From Dehalococcoidia bacterium (lineage in GTDB: Bacteria; Chloroflexota; Dehalococcoidia; UBA2979): a stretch of 64,000 nt of DNA. Below the pieces are notes generated by a model. It was not told the origin of the DNA, did no database searches, and saw only the letters and a program-made list of their open reading frames with translations. The stretch lies in assembly GCA_964291495.2 (NCBI GenBank), contig OZ219871.1, positions 1,024,001-1,088,000 of the forward strand, written 5' to 3'. Shown here in pieces: positions 40,889-58,395 of this stretch (its first letter is position 1; each line of letters starts with the position of its first letter). A program made the translations under genes and the position numbers.

Positions 40889-41763
40889 GCCTGCGCCTCC
40901 GGCGTCACGCCCAGCTCGGCGAGCGCCTGCTCGTACTGCTCCGGGGAGGGCGGCGCGCCGTGGAAGCCGGGGTTGTCCTCCATGAAGGAGACGCCGCGCC
41001 CCTTCACGGTGTCGAAGATCACGCAGGCCGGCTGCCCGCGCACCTCGGTGGCCCAGCGGAGCGCCTCTTCGACGGCGGCCGTGTCGTGTCCGTCCACCCC
41101 GCTGCGCACGGCCCAGCCGAACGACTCGTACTTGCGGTCCAGCGGCTCGGTCACCATCGTCGAGGCGGTGTGGTCGTCGTTCTGGATGCCGTTCTTGTCG
41201 ATCAGCGCGATCAGGCCCTCGGCCGCGTGGTGCGAGGCCGCCATCGCCGCCTCCCAGACCTGGCCCTCGTTCTGCTCGCCGTCGCCCATCAGCACCCACA
41301 CGCGCGTGTCCGCGCCGGCGAGGCGCGCCGAGAGCCGCATGCCGAGGCCGAACGAGAGCCCCATGCCCAGCGAGCCCGCGCTGTTCTCGACACCCGGCGG
41401 CTTGCCGAGGACGGAGTGCCCCTGCAGCCGCGTGCCCTTCGTGCGGAAGGTGTCCAGCTCCTCGACGGGGAAGTAGCCAAGCTCGGCGAGCAGCGCGTAC
41501 TGCACGGGCGTGGCGTGGCCCTTGCTCATCACGAAGCGGTCGCGCTCCGGCCAGTCCGGGCGCTGCGGATCCTGGCGCATGATCCTCGTGTAGAGCACGG
41601 ACATGATCTCGGCGGCGGACATCGAGCCGCCGATGTGGCCGGAGCTGGCCTCGAAGACCATGCGCACGATGTGCCGGCGGACGCGCCGGATCAGCGCATC
41701 GAGATCGGAGTCGTCAGTGGCGGAACTGGTCCCATCGGGACCGCGCTGTGTATCGGTGACCAT
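40885..41763 (-). CDS. Transketolase, N-terminal subunit
   Basis: SGHIGGSMS, RDRFVMSKGH, LQGH, GDGEQNEGQVWEA, TVKGRG. Confidence 0.93.
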   Translation of the reverse strand: MVTDTQRGPDGTSSATDDSDLDALIRRVRRHIVRMVFEASSGHIGGSMSAAEIMSVLYTRIMRQDPQRPDWPERDRFVMSKGHATPVQYALLAELGYFPVEELDTFRTKGTRLQGHSVLGKPPGVENSAGSLGMGLSFGLGMRLSARLAGADTRVWVLMGDGEQNEGQVWEAAMAASHHAAEGLIALIDKNGIQNDDHTASTMVTEPLDRKYESFGWAVRSGVDGHDTAAVEEALRWATEVRGQPACVIFDTVKGRGVSFMEDNPGFHGAPPSPEQYEQALAELGVTPEAQA

Positions 41764-41881
41764 CGCGCCCCTGCGTACCGGGGAGGCCCTGCGATCGCAG
41801 GGTGTGGCGCGAGTATACGCACGCGCAATCCGCAGGCGCTACGCCGCCGCGGGCGCGATCCTCAAGCGACCTCCGAGGGCG

Positions 41882-42088
41882 CTACGAGGCGCAGCCGGAG
41901 TAGCCGCAGACGGGGCAGAGCGAGCAGCCCTCGCCGAAAGCGAGGGGACCGGCGCAGTCCGGGCAGCGCGGCCCGAAGGCGGGCATCCGGCGCAGCCGCC
42001 GCAACGGCGCCGCCTCGCCTCCGGCCCGGGCCGCGCCGGCCGCGCCCTCCGCCACCGTGCGATCGACTGGAGCAAGCGTGGTGACCAT
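41882..42088 (-). CDS. Small Zn-ribbon protein resembling the NrdJ C-terminal zinc ribbon
   Basis: CPDCAGPLAFGEGCSLCPVCGYSGC; ATG at 42088 (alternative TTG at 42100). Confidence 0.7.
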   Translation of the reverse strand: MVTTLAPVDRTVAEGAAGAARAGGEAAPLRRLRRMPAFGPRCPDCAGPLAFGEGCSLCPVCGYSGCAS

Positions 42089-42105
42089 CTCGGCATCCAA
42101 GTAGC

Positions 42106-42153
42106 GAACATGCGTTCCGTAGCAAGTATCGCAAGAACGTGTGTGCTAGTCAA
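42106..42153 (-). promoter_or_regulatory. Sigma70 promoter with two LexA (GAAC-N4-GTTC) boxes
   Basis: Minus strand TTGACT-17 nt-GATACT; perfect box GAACATGCGTTC 42106-42117; one-mismatch box GAACGTGTGTGC 42135-42146 in the spacer. Confidence 0.8.
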
Positions 42154-42192
42154 GCCGGAACCCCCGCGTCGCGGGGCGACGGTCCGGATCCT

Positions 42193-42225
42193 CCCTCACC
42201 CTAACCCTCTCCCTCAGGGAGAGGG
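42193..42225. repeat. Single copy of the palindromic module
   Basis: CCCTCACCCTAACCCTCTCCCTCAGGGAGAGGG, flanked by CCGGATC direct repeats (42184-90, 42228-34). Confidence 0.8.
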
Positions 42226-42291
42226 CACCGGATCGGCGCAACAGACGTCCGAGGGCGGGTGCTTGCCGCCACTCTCGGCTAGGATTCGGCC

Positions 42292-42471
42292 ATGGCGCGC
42301 CTCATCTTCTACGCCCTGCTCGCGAGCGCGCTCGCAATCGCCTGGCTGGCGCTCATGCAGCCGAGGCGACTGCGGCTCCTCGGGAAGCACGCGCGCACGC
42401 TCGGCTACGCCTACGTCGCCGCGATCCTGATCGGCTCGGCGCTGCGCCTGCTCTTCGGCTGGGGCACCTGA
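42292..42471 (+). CDS. 59-aa two-TM membrane protein (below the ORF-track cutoff)
   Basis: MARLIFYALLASALAIAWLALMQPRRLRLLGKHARTLGYAYVAAILIGSALRLLFGWGT*; TAGGAT 6 nt before the ATG; stop 4 nt before the next gene. Confidence 0.75.
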   Translation: MARLIFYALLASALAIAWLALMQPRRLRLLGKHARTLGYAYVAAILIGSALRLLFGWGT

Positions 42472-42475
42472 GCGC

Positions 42476-43615
42476 GTGCGGCTGCTCGTCTGCCCGCAGG
42501 AGTTCAAAGGCTCCCTCACCGCGCCCGAGGCCGCCGCCGCGATCGCCGAGGGCGCTCGTCGCACCTCGGGCATCACCGATGTCCGCACGCTCCCCCTCGC
42601 CGACGGCGGCCCCGGCACGGCGGCGATCGTCGCCGCGGCGACCGGAGGCAAGCTCGTCAGCACCGAGGTGACCGGCCCCCTCGGCGACCGCGTCGAGGCT
42701 CGCTACGCGCTGCTGCCGGCCGCGCCCGGCGGCCCGCCGGCCGCGCTGATCGAGTCCGCCGCCGCAGCGGGTCTCGTGCTCGTCCCGCCCGACCTGCGCG
42801 ACCCCGGCCATGCGACGAGCTACGGCGTCGGCGAGCTGATCCGCGACGCCGTCGACCGCGGAGCGCGCTCGCTCATCGTGGGCGTCGGCGGCACCGCGAC
42901 CAACGAGGGCGGGGCGGGCGCCGCGCAGGCGCTCGGCTACCGCCTGCTCGACCGGGATCGCGATCCGCTGCCGGAGCCGGCGGGCGGCATCCACCTGCTC
43001 AACGTCTTCGCCATCGACAGCTCCGGCGTCGACCGCCGTCTCGCCGACGTCGATCTGCGCGTCGCCGTCGACGTCACGAACGAGCTGCTCGGCGAGGACG
43101 GCGCGACCGCCGTCTACGGCCCGCAGAAGGGCGTCGCCGGTGAGCTGGGCGAGATGCTCGAGGACGCGCTCGGGCGCTGGGCGCGCACCGTGCGCCACGA
43201 CCTCGGAGTCGAGCTCACGGACCTGCCCGGCGGCGGCGCGGGCGGCGGCCTCGCCGCCGGCCTGATCGGCGCGGTCGGGGGCGGAATCGAGTCCGGCGCA
43301 GCGCTCGTCGCAGACGCGGTCGGCCTCGACGCGGCGATCGAGGCCGCCGACCTCGTCGTCACCGGCGAGGGCTCGCTCGACGCACAGACGACCTTCGGCA
43401 AGACCGTCGCGCACGTGATCGAGCGCTGCGCCGCGCTCGGGCGACCCTGCGTCGCGGTCGCCGGCGCGGCGAGCGGCCGCCCCGAGGGCGTCGCCGACCT
43501 CGAGGCCCTCGTGGGCGAGGGCGTCACGGAGGCGGAGGCGATGGCGCGCGCGGCGGAGCTGGTGGCGTACGCCGCCGAGCGGCTGCTGCGCCGCGTCGTC
43601 GCGGGCGGAGCCTAG
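42476..43615 (+). CDS. Glycerate kinase (GlxK/GarK family)
   Basis: CPQEFKGSL, ADGGPGT, SYGVGELI, GGTATNEGG, GPQKG, VTGEGSLDAQT. Confidence 0.92.
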   Translation: MRLLVCPQEFKGSLTAPEAAAAIAEGARRTSGITDVRTLPLADGGPGTAAIVAAATGGKLVSTEVTGPLGDRVEARYALLPAAPGGPPAALIESAAAAGLVLVPPDLRDPGHATSYGVGELIRDAVDRGARSLIVGVGGTATNEGGAGAAQALGYRLLDRDRDPLPEPAGGIHLLNVFAIDSSGVDRRLADVDLRVAVDVTNELLGEDGATAVYGPQKGVAGELGEMLEDALGRWARTVRHDLGVELTDLPGGGAGGGLAAGLIGAVGGGIESGAALVADAVGLDAAIEAADLVVTGEGSLDAQTTFGKTVAHVIERCAALGRPCVAVAGAASGRPEGVADLEALVGEGVTEAEAMARAAELVAYAAERLLRRVVAGGA

Positions 43616-43974
43616 TCGAGGCCGAGCCGCTCCATCTCGCGCTCCTCGAACCCGAAGTGGTGCGCCAGCTCGTGCAGCACCGTGCGCTGCACCTCGTCCG
43701 GGATGTCGCGAGGATGGAAGGCGCGCTCCAGCGGGCCCTGGAAGATCAGGATCCGGTCCGGCAGCGTCATGTGGTACTCGCCGCGGTCGGTGAGCGGCGT
43801 GCCGACGTAGAGGCCGAACAGCGTCGAACCGGGCTCGACGCCCGCGTCCTCGAGATCCTCGCGGCTGGGCTCGCGCTCGATCACGATCGCGACGTTGTCG
43901 AGGTAGGCGTCGATCTCCGGCGGCAGCGCGTCGAGCGCCCGCTGGACGAGGCGGCGAAAGCGGGAACGCTCCAC
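43612..43974 (-). CDS. Zincin-like metallopeptidase family protein
   Basis: LFGLYVGTPLTDR, LPDRILIFQGP, TVLHELAHHFG. Confidence 0.88.
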   Translation of the reverse strand: MERSRFRRLVQRALDALPPEIDAYLDNVAIVIEREPSREDLEDAGVEPGSTLFGLYVGTPLTDRGEYHMTLPDRILIFQGPLERAFHPRDIPDEVQRTVLHELAHHFGFEEREMERLGLD

Positions 43975-44061
43975 GCGCCGCAGTCTACAACGGCAGGCCC
44001 GGGCGTCCCTCGCTGGCCGCCGGTTCGCCTTTCCCTGCCCCGACTTGCGACAATCAGGGCG

Positions 44062-45195
44062 ATGAGAGGCCTCCCGCCCGCGCCGCACCCCCGCGTCGCG
44101 CTGCACGCCGCGCTGCTGCTGCTCGCGCTCGCCGCCGCGGGTTGCCGCGTCGAGCGCGTCGACGAGCCCGCCTTCACGGCGACGCCGCTCCCGGAGGCCG
44201 GCGAACCGCGCCCGTTCCGGCTCGGCTTCTCCTCGCTGCCCGCGCGGCTCGACGACGCCGCCTACGTCGAGGCGCTCGACCTTTCGGCGCTGTACGGCGA
44301 CCTGGTGCTGATCCAGCGCAGTCCCTCCTGGGCCGCGTTCCTGCCCGGCGCCGAGCCCTCCGAGGAGTTGCGCGAACTGACGCGGCGCGAGGTGCGCGCC
44401 ATCGAGGAGCGCAAGCTGACGCTCTTCTACGCCATCGATCCGTACAACCCCGCGGACCGGAGCCGCCTCGCGGCGTTGCCGGACGGGTACGCGGGGGCGG
44501 GGATCCTGAACCCCGATCTGCGCGCCGCCCTCGTCGCCGAGGCCCGCTTCGTCGCCGGCGCCTACGAGCCCGCCTACTTCGCGTTCGGGATCGAGGTGAA
44601 CGCGACGTTCGATCGCTCGCCCGCAGAGTACGAGGCCTACCTCGGCGTGTACCGGGAGGTCTACGACGCGGTGAAGGAGATCAGCCCGCGGACGCTGGTC
44701 TTCCCCACCTTCCAGTACGAGCAGCTGCTTGGCGTGACGCCGTGGGAGATCGCGCATCCGCCTCGCTGGGAACGCCTGGCCGAGTTCGGCGAGCGGCTGG
44801 ACCTGGTGGCGATCGCGACGTTCCCCTCGCTGGCCCACGAGGTTGCGAAGGCAATCCCGGCGGACTACTACGCGCAGCTGCGGGACCACACGAACCTGCC
44901 GATCGCCTTCGCGGCGACCGGCTTCTCCTCGGGGACCGGCCCCGGGGGGATCAACTCCTCGACGCCAGACGAGCAGCGCCGCTACCTGGTGCGCCTGCTG
45001 GGAGACGCCGAGGCGCTGCAGTCCCCGTTCGTGATCTGGTACGCCGGCCGCGATCCGGCGTTCGTCTCCGATCTGCCGATCGAGCTGCTGCGGAGCAGCG
45101 GCCTGCAGGACACGGCGGGCCGGCCGAAGGAGGCCTGGCCGGTCTGGGCGGAGGCCGCGCGGCGCCCGTATCGCGCGCCCTCGGCGGCGCCGTAG
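44062..45195 (+). CDS. Lipoprotein with glycoside-hydrolase-like TIM-barrel
   Basis: Lipobox LAAAGC; GIEVN, FPTFQYE, PIAFAATG, GLQDTAGRPK. Confidence 0.65.
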   Translation: MRGLPPAPHPRVALHAALLLLALAAAGCRVERVDEPAFTATPLPEAGEPRPFRLGFSSLPARLDDAAYVEALDLSALYGDLVLIQRSPSWAAFLPGAEPSEELRELTRREVRAIEERKLTLFYAIDPYNPADRSRLAALPDGYAGAGILNPDLRAALVAEARFVAGAYEPAYFAFGIEVNATFDRSPAEYEAYLGVYREVYDAVKEISPRTLVFPTFQYEQLLGVTPWEIAHPPRWERLAEFGERLDLVAIATFPSLAHEVAKAIPADYYAQLRDHTNLPIAFAATGFSSGTGPGGINSSTPDEQRRYLVRLLGDAEALQSPFVIWYAGRDPAFVSDLPIELLRSSGLQDTAGRPKEAWPVWAEAARRPYRAPSAAP

Positions 45196-45231
45196 CGCAC
45201 GATGTGCATACAGCGTGCACCAAATGCGGAT

Positions 45232-45260
45232 TTGGCAAAGAATCCGCGGTGCGGTACGCT
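45232..45260 (+). promoter_or_regulatory. Putative rpoB promoter
   Basis: TTGGCA-17 nt-TACGCT in an AT-richer intergenic region. Confidence 0.55.
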
Positions 45261-45440
45261 TTCATATCTGTGCCTTGTGGGGTAAACTCGTTGCAGCGTT
45301 GGGCGCGGCAATACCACATCTACTGACCGACATCGAACTCCGGTCACGCCGGGGGCGCACGTGTGCGGCCCCGGTATGTGCGTGTGTCGCGGCCCTGCCA
45401 CGCCCGATCAACCGCGGTGATTAGTCGGAGGAGTCGCCCC

Positions 45441-53607
<8,167 letters not shown>

Positions 53608-53654
53608 CGGCGAACCCCGGGGGCAACCCCGGAGGCATACCGCGCTACGCGCAC

Positions 53655-53684
53655 AACGGGAGGGCTTCGGCCCTCCCGTTTCTC
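53655..53684 (+). terminator. Intrinsic terminator after rpoC
   Basis: AACGGGAGGGC-TTCG-GCCCTCCCGTT-TCTC. Confidence 0.85.
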
Positions 53685-53708
53685 GTCCGCGCCGCCGCGC
53701 GGCGCGGG

Positions 53709-54425
53709 TTACAGGTCCTTGCGGCGGAACCAGGAGATGCCGGACACGGTGGCGATCACCGAGAGGGCGCCGAAGACGGCCAGCACCCGAAGCTGCTCGG
53801 CGGCGGACACCTCGCCCCGGAACACCTCGGGCAGTCCGCTGACCACGCCGGTCGTGCTCAGCCAGTCGAGGGCCAGGAACTGGAACACCGCCCCGGATGC
53901 GACGGTGGACACCAGCACCGTCAGCACGGAAGCCAGCATGTTGCGGAAGATCGCCGAGAGCGCGATCCCGAAGGCTGCGAGGAAGACGAGCAGCGAGGCG
54001 ACCGTCAGCAGCCCCCAGACAATCCCTCCGATCGTCGCGTCATCCACCGCGAAGCGGAGCACCAAGTACGCCAGCGGCACGGTCACGGCGACATAGACGG
54101 CCAGGAACACGGCCACGCGCGCCGTGAACTTCGACCAGATGTAGGCCCGGCGCGTGACGGACCTCGAGAGGATCGAGTCGGCGACGACGTCTGCTTCACC
54201 GTTGACCGCGCTCGCCGAGAGCACCGCGACCACGAGCCAGGAGAGCGGCGCAAGCACGGCCGTCACGTAGGCCGCCAGCGTCTCCGAGGCGAGTTCGCGC
54301 TGGTTGGCGGCGACCACCACGAAGAAGCCCGCCGGCCCGATCAGCAGCAGCACCCAGATGCGCACCAACCAGGAGCGCGCCAGTTGCTCCATGTCGAGAC
54401 GAAGCAGGAACAGGTAGGCCTGCAT
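53709..54425 (-). CDS. ABC-2 type transporter permease
   Basis: Six hydrophobic segments, ILSRSVTRRAYIWSKF, C-terminal FRRKDL. Confidence 0.85.
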   Translation of the reverse strand: MQAYLFLLRLDMEQLARSWLVRIWVLLLIGPAGFFVVVAANQRELASETLAAYVTAVLAPLSWLVVAVLSASAVNGEADVVADSILSRSVTRRAYIWSKFTARVAVFLAVYVAVTVPLAYLVLRFAVDDATIGGIVWGLLTVASLLVFLAAFGIALSAIFRNMLASVLTVLVSTVASGAVFQFLALDWLSTTGVVSGLPEVFRGEVSAAEQLRVLAVFGALSVIATVSGISWFRRKDL

Positions 54426-55616
54426 CTAGGCTGCCCCGCTGCGGGATCCGTCCTCGTGACTCACGGCTTCGGCGCTCGGCTGCCGTCCGCCGTCCTGTGC
54501 GGCCCAGTCCGGAGCGCGCAGCAGGCCGCTCGAACGGTCCTCCTCCAGGCGGCGCAGGAACGCCTCCTCCACCTCGTGGCTGCCGGTATCAAGCCTCAGC
54601 AGCTCGACACCGCTGCGCTCGACGAGCCCGAGCAGGCGCTTGAGGTACTCGGTCACCGCCCCGGTGCCGAGGAAGGTGATCCGAATCTCCGAGCCTACCC
54701 GCTCCCAGCGCACCGCGCCCGGCTCGTCCAGCTCGGAGATCTGCCGCTCGAACGAGGCGACATTGCCCTCGATCTCGACGGTGATCGAGTCCTGCCGCGC
54801 GAGTCGCCGCATCTCCGCCATCGGCCCGTCGTAGATCAGCCGCCCCTGCGCGATCACGCCGACGTCGGTGCAGACGCGCTCCACGTCGTTGAGGATGTGC
54901 GTGGCGATGATGATCGTGCGGTCGCGTCCGGAGAGCTCGCGAATCAGCTCGATCATCTGCCTGCGTCCGGGCGGGTCCAGGCCGTAGGTCGGTTCGTCCA
55001 GCACCAGCAACTCGGGATCGTTCATCAGCGCCGCGGCGATGCCGAGCCGGGTCGCCATGCCGGTCGAGAAGCCCTCGATGCGCTGCGAGGCGACATCGGC
55101 GAGGTCGACCGACTGCAGCAGGGTCGTCATCCGGATCTTCGCGCGCTCGGGCGGCAACCCGACGATGCTGCCGACGAACTCAAGGTAGGAGATCGGCGTC
55201 ATGTGGCGCGGGAACGCGGGAGCCGTCGGCAGGAACCCGATGCGCCGTCGCAGCTCCGCGCTCTCGGCGCGCATCGGGCGGCCGAGCACCCTGATCTCGC
55301 CGGCGGTTGGCCTCTGCAGGCCGAGCATGAGGCGGAACGCCGTCGACTTGCCCGCGCCGTTGGGGCCGACGAGGCCGTACACGGCGTTCTTGCGCACGCG
55401 CATGTTGAGCGCGTTGAGCGCGATGTAGCGGTTCTCGTAGATCTTCGTGAGATCGTGCGCCTCGATGACGTACGCCGGTCCGGGGCGCCGTCCCGACAGC
55501 TCCGTCGTGACGGCGGGCCCGTCCTGGCCCTGGCCACCGTTCTCGCTCTCGCCGTGGCGGATCGCCCTCAGCGATCGCCGCAGGGAGGCTGGCGCAAGCT
55601 TCATCGCACGCTCCAT
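54426..55616 (-). CDS. ABC transporter ATP-binding protein
   Basis: GPNGAGKST, FSTGM, LVLDEPT, THIL; start uncertain. Confidence 0.9.
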   Translation of the reverse strand: MERAMKLAPASLRRSLRAIRHGESENGGQGQDGPAVTTELSGRRPGPAYVIEAHDLTKIYENRYIALNALNMRVRKNAVYGLVGPNGAGKSTAFRLMLGLQRPTAGEIRVLGRPMRAESAELRRRIGFLPTAPAFPRHMTPISYLEFVGSIVGLPPERAKIRMTTLLQSVDLADVASQRIEGFSTGMATRLGIAAALMNDPELLVLDEPTYGLDPPGRRQMIELIRELSGRDRTIIIATHILNDVERVCTDVGVIAQGRLIYDGPMAEMRRLARQDSITVEIEGNVASFERQISELDEPGAVRWERVGSEIRITFLGTGAVTEYLKRLLGLVERSGVELLRLDTGSHEVEEAFLRRLEEDRSSGLLRAPDWAAQDGGRQPSAEAVSHEDGSRSGAA

Positions 55617-55741
55617 ACCCTCGCCGCCGTCGGCGCGCGGCGAGGCGTCGCGGCATCTTACCACCACGCCGCGCCGCTACGGCGGAGCCGGGCGGTGGGG
55701 TTGGCCCCGCACGGCTCGATGTGGTTCCCTACACTGCCACG

Positions 55742-56419
55742 ATGCAATCCGTGCTCCTGATCAGCGACAACGCCGATCACCTGGCGGTCGTGCGCGCGGC
55801 GCTGCGCGGGGACGGCCACGCCCTGCGCAGCGAGCCGACAATCGATCGAGGGCTGATCGCCGCGCGCGAGCAGCAGCCGGATCTGCTCTGCCTGGACCTC
55901 AGCAGCGCGTCCGCCGTGAACGGCCTCAGCGCGCTGCTGCGCGACCCCGATCTGCGGGCCGGGCCGCCGCTGCTTGCAATCGCGGCGCCGGAGCAGTTCT
56001 ACCTCGTCGGTCCCGGCTCCGGCGTGAGCGACGTGATCGTGACGCCGCTCGACCGTGACGAGTTGCAGCTGCGCATCTCGCGCCTGGTCTCGGCGGCAAG
56101 CGCCGAGGACAGCCAGCTGCTGCGCCGCGGCGAGCTGCTGATCGATCAGGAGCGCTATACCGTCCGCCTCGGCGACGCCGCCGTGGACCTCACCTACAAG
56201 GAGTACGAGCTGCTGCGCTTCCTGGCGCAGAACCCCGGCAAGGCCTTCACGCGCGAGATGCTGCTCAACCAGGTGTGGGGCTACGACTACTACGGCGGCG
56301 CCCGCACCGTCGACGTCCACATCCGCCGCATCCGCGCCAAGATCGAGCGGCACGAGCCGTACATCGAGACCGTCCGCAACGTCGGCTATCGCTTCGTCGA
56401 GGAGCCGCGCTCGTACTAG
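55742..56419 (+). CDS. OmpR-family response regulator, GlnR-like
   Basis: DLTYKEYELLRFLAQNPG..VWGYDYYGGARTVDVHIRRIRAK..TVRNVGYRF; atypical receiver; adjacent to glnA. Confidence 0.85.
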   Translation: MQSVLLISDNADHLAVVRAALRGDGHALRSEPTIDRGLIAAREQQPDLLCLDLSSASAVNGLSALLRDPDLRAGPPLLAIAAPEQFYLVGPGSGVSDVIVTPLDRDELQLRISRLVSAASAEDSQLLRRGELLIDQERYTVRLGDAAVDLTYKEYELLRFLAQNPGKAFTREMLLNQVWGYDYYGGARTVDVHIRRIRAKIERHEPYIETVRNVGYRFVEEPRSY

Positions 56420-56439
56420 CGCGCGCATCCCTTCCGGTC

Positions 56440-56599
56440 CCCTCTCCCCGAGGGAGAGCCAGTGCTTTCTGGGGGGACCCCCCCAACCCCCCGCGGGTGA
56501 GGGAGGATCCGCCCTCCGGGATTGCGTTGCGCCGGCGGGGCCTTCGAAGGGGCGCGGGAGTCCTCCCCCTCACCCCCGCCCTCTCCCCAGGGAGAGGGC
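56440..56599. repeat. Palindromic repeat modules between the regulator and glnA
   Basis: CCCTCTCCCCGAGGGAGAG; GGGGGGACCCCCCCAACCCCC; CCCCCTCACCCCCGCCCTCTCCCCAGGGAGAGGG. Confidence 0.8.
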
Positions 56600-56663
56600 G
56601 CCGGGCTTGTGCGAGTTCGCAAGGGCCCCATCCCGGTCCGTGCGCGCCCGTTCCGGCCGCCGC

Positions 56664-56717
56664 GAAACATGCCCGAAACGCGGCGGTAATCCGGGGGTAA
56701 TCGTTCGCTCGTACGCT
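56664..56717 (+). promoter_or_regulatory. Four 11-bp-phased pentamers (GlnR-type boxes) plus a -10 element upstream of glnA
   Basis: GAAAC-n6-GAAAC-n6-GTAAT-n6-GTAAT (56664-56701); TACGCT 56712-56717. Confidence 0.7.
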
Positions 56718-56823
56718 CATCCTCGAGCGCCGGGGGGCTTGCGGGCCTCGCGGCGCGGTTCGAGCGGGCCACGAGTGAAGGCAGCGCCAGACGGGCGGCT
56801 GCACGCGAGATTGGAGACGGCGA

Positions 56824-58266
56824 GTGGACCTTCAGGAACTCCAGCAACTGGCGGCCGACAACGGGGTGACCCGGGTCGATCTGCGCGTAACCGACCTGCC
56901 GGGGCGCTGGCAGCACTTCACGCTCCCGCCGGACGCCCTGGACGAGGACCTCTTCCAGAACGGCAACGGCTTCGACGGATCCAGCCTGCGTGGCTTCCAG
57001 GAGATCCACGAGTCCGACATGCTGCTGGTGCCGGACATCAACACCGCCGTGCTCGACCCGATTCCGGATCACTCCACGATCTCCCTGATCTGCAACGTGA
57101 TCGACGCCGTCACGCACGACGCGTACACGCGTGACCCGCGGAACGTCGCCATCAAGGCGGAGGCCTACCTCGCCTCCACGGGCATCGCCGACGAGGCCTT
57201 CTTCGGCCCCGAGCCCGAGTTCTTCCTCTTCGACGACGTCCGCTACCAGCAGGGCCAGCAGACCGCCTTCTACTACATCGACTCGGAGGAGGCGCACTGG
57301 AACTCCGGCAAGGACTACACCGAGGCGTTCCCCGGGGGCTTCAACACCGGCTACAAGATCCCCGGCAAGGAGGGCTACGCGCCGCTCCCACCGTTCGACC
57401 AGACCGCCGGGGTCCGCGCCGATATCGTCGCCGCCATGAACGCCGTCGGTGTCGACACGTTCATCGACCACCACGAGGTCGCGACCGCCGGCCAGGGGGA
57501 GATCGGGCTCGGCAAGGCCACGCTGGTCGACCAGGCGGACCGCGCCCAGTGGTACCGCTACATGGTGCGGAACGTGGCGCACCAGCACGGCAAGGTCGCC
57601 ACCTTCATGCCGAAGCCGATCTTCGAGGACAACGGCTCCGGCATGCACACCCACCAGTCCCTGCGCAAGAACGACGAGCCGCTCTTCTACGACGCCAACG
57701 GCTACGCCGGGCTCTCCCAGCTCGCACGCTGGTACATCGGCGGCTTGCTCAGGCACGCCGCCGCGGTGCTCGCCTTCGCGGCCCCGTCGACCAACTCCTA
57801 CAAGCGACTGGTGCCCGGCTACGAGGCGCCCGTGAACCTCGCCTACTCGATGCGCAACCGCTCGGCGGCGATCCGCATCCCCACCTACCGCATCGGGCAG
57901 CCGAACGAGGCCTCCGACAAGCGCGTCGAGTTCCGCCCGCCGGACCCGACCGCCAACTGCTACCTCGCCTTCTCGGCGATGCTGATGGCCGGCCTGGACG
58001 GCATCCAGAACCAGATCGACCCTGGCGACCCGCTGGACCGCAACATCTACGAACTCCCGCCGGAGGAGGCCGCCGCGGTGCCGACCGTCCCGGGCTCGCT
58101 CGGCGAGGCCCTCGACGCGCTCGAGGCGGACCACGACTTCCTGATGCAGGGCGGCGTGTTCACGCAAGACCTGCTCGACATGTGGCTCGACATGAAGCGC
58201 GACGAGGTCCTGAACGTCTCGCTGCGGCCCACGCCGTACGAGTTCGAGCTCTACTTCAACAACTAG
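56824..58266 (+). CDS. glnA: Glutamine synthetase type I (GSI-beta)
   Basis: FDGSS, ESDM, GPEPEF, HHEV, NGSGMH, GYEAP, NRSAAIRIP; adenylylation site NIYELPPEE. Confidence 0.96.
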   Translation: MDLQELQQLAADNGVTRVDLRVTDLPGRWQHFTLPPDALDEDLFQNGNGFDGSSLRGFQEIHESDMLLVPDINTAVLDPIPDHSTISLICNVIDAVTHDAYTRDPRNVAIKAEAYLASTGIADEAFFGPEPEFFLFDDVRYQQGQQTAFYYIDSEEAHWNSGKDYTEAFPGGFNTGYKIPGKEGYAPLPPFDQTAGVRADIVAAMNAVGVDTFIDHHEVATAGQGEIGLGKATLVDQADRAQWYRYMVRNVAHQHGKVATFMPKPIFEDNGSGMHTHQSLRKNDEPLFYDANGYAGLSQLARWYIGGLLRHAAAVLAFAAPSTNSYKRLVPGYEAPVNLAYSMRNRSAAIRIPTYRIGQPNEASDKRVEFRPPDPTANCYLAFSAMLMAGLDGIQNQIDPGDPLDRNIYELPPEEAAAVPTVPGSLGEALDALEADHDFLMQGGVFTQDLLDMWLDMKRDEVLNVSLRPTPYEFELYFNN

Positions 58267-58395
58267 CGTCCGCAGCATCAGCGCCGGGCGGCAGGGCGGG
58301 CGGTCCGCGGACCGCCTCCCCGGCCGCCCGGCCTGCGGAATGGAGTCGCACACCGGGCCGATCGCACCGCAGGACACGAGCCCGCGGAGAGCAGC

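Noticed and set aside
39885-41763. Split transketolase as a frameshifted pseudogene
   Set aside because: Two-subunit transketolases are common, and the genes show a normal ATGA overlap
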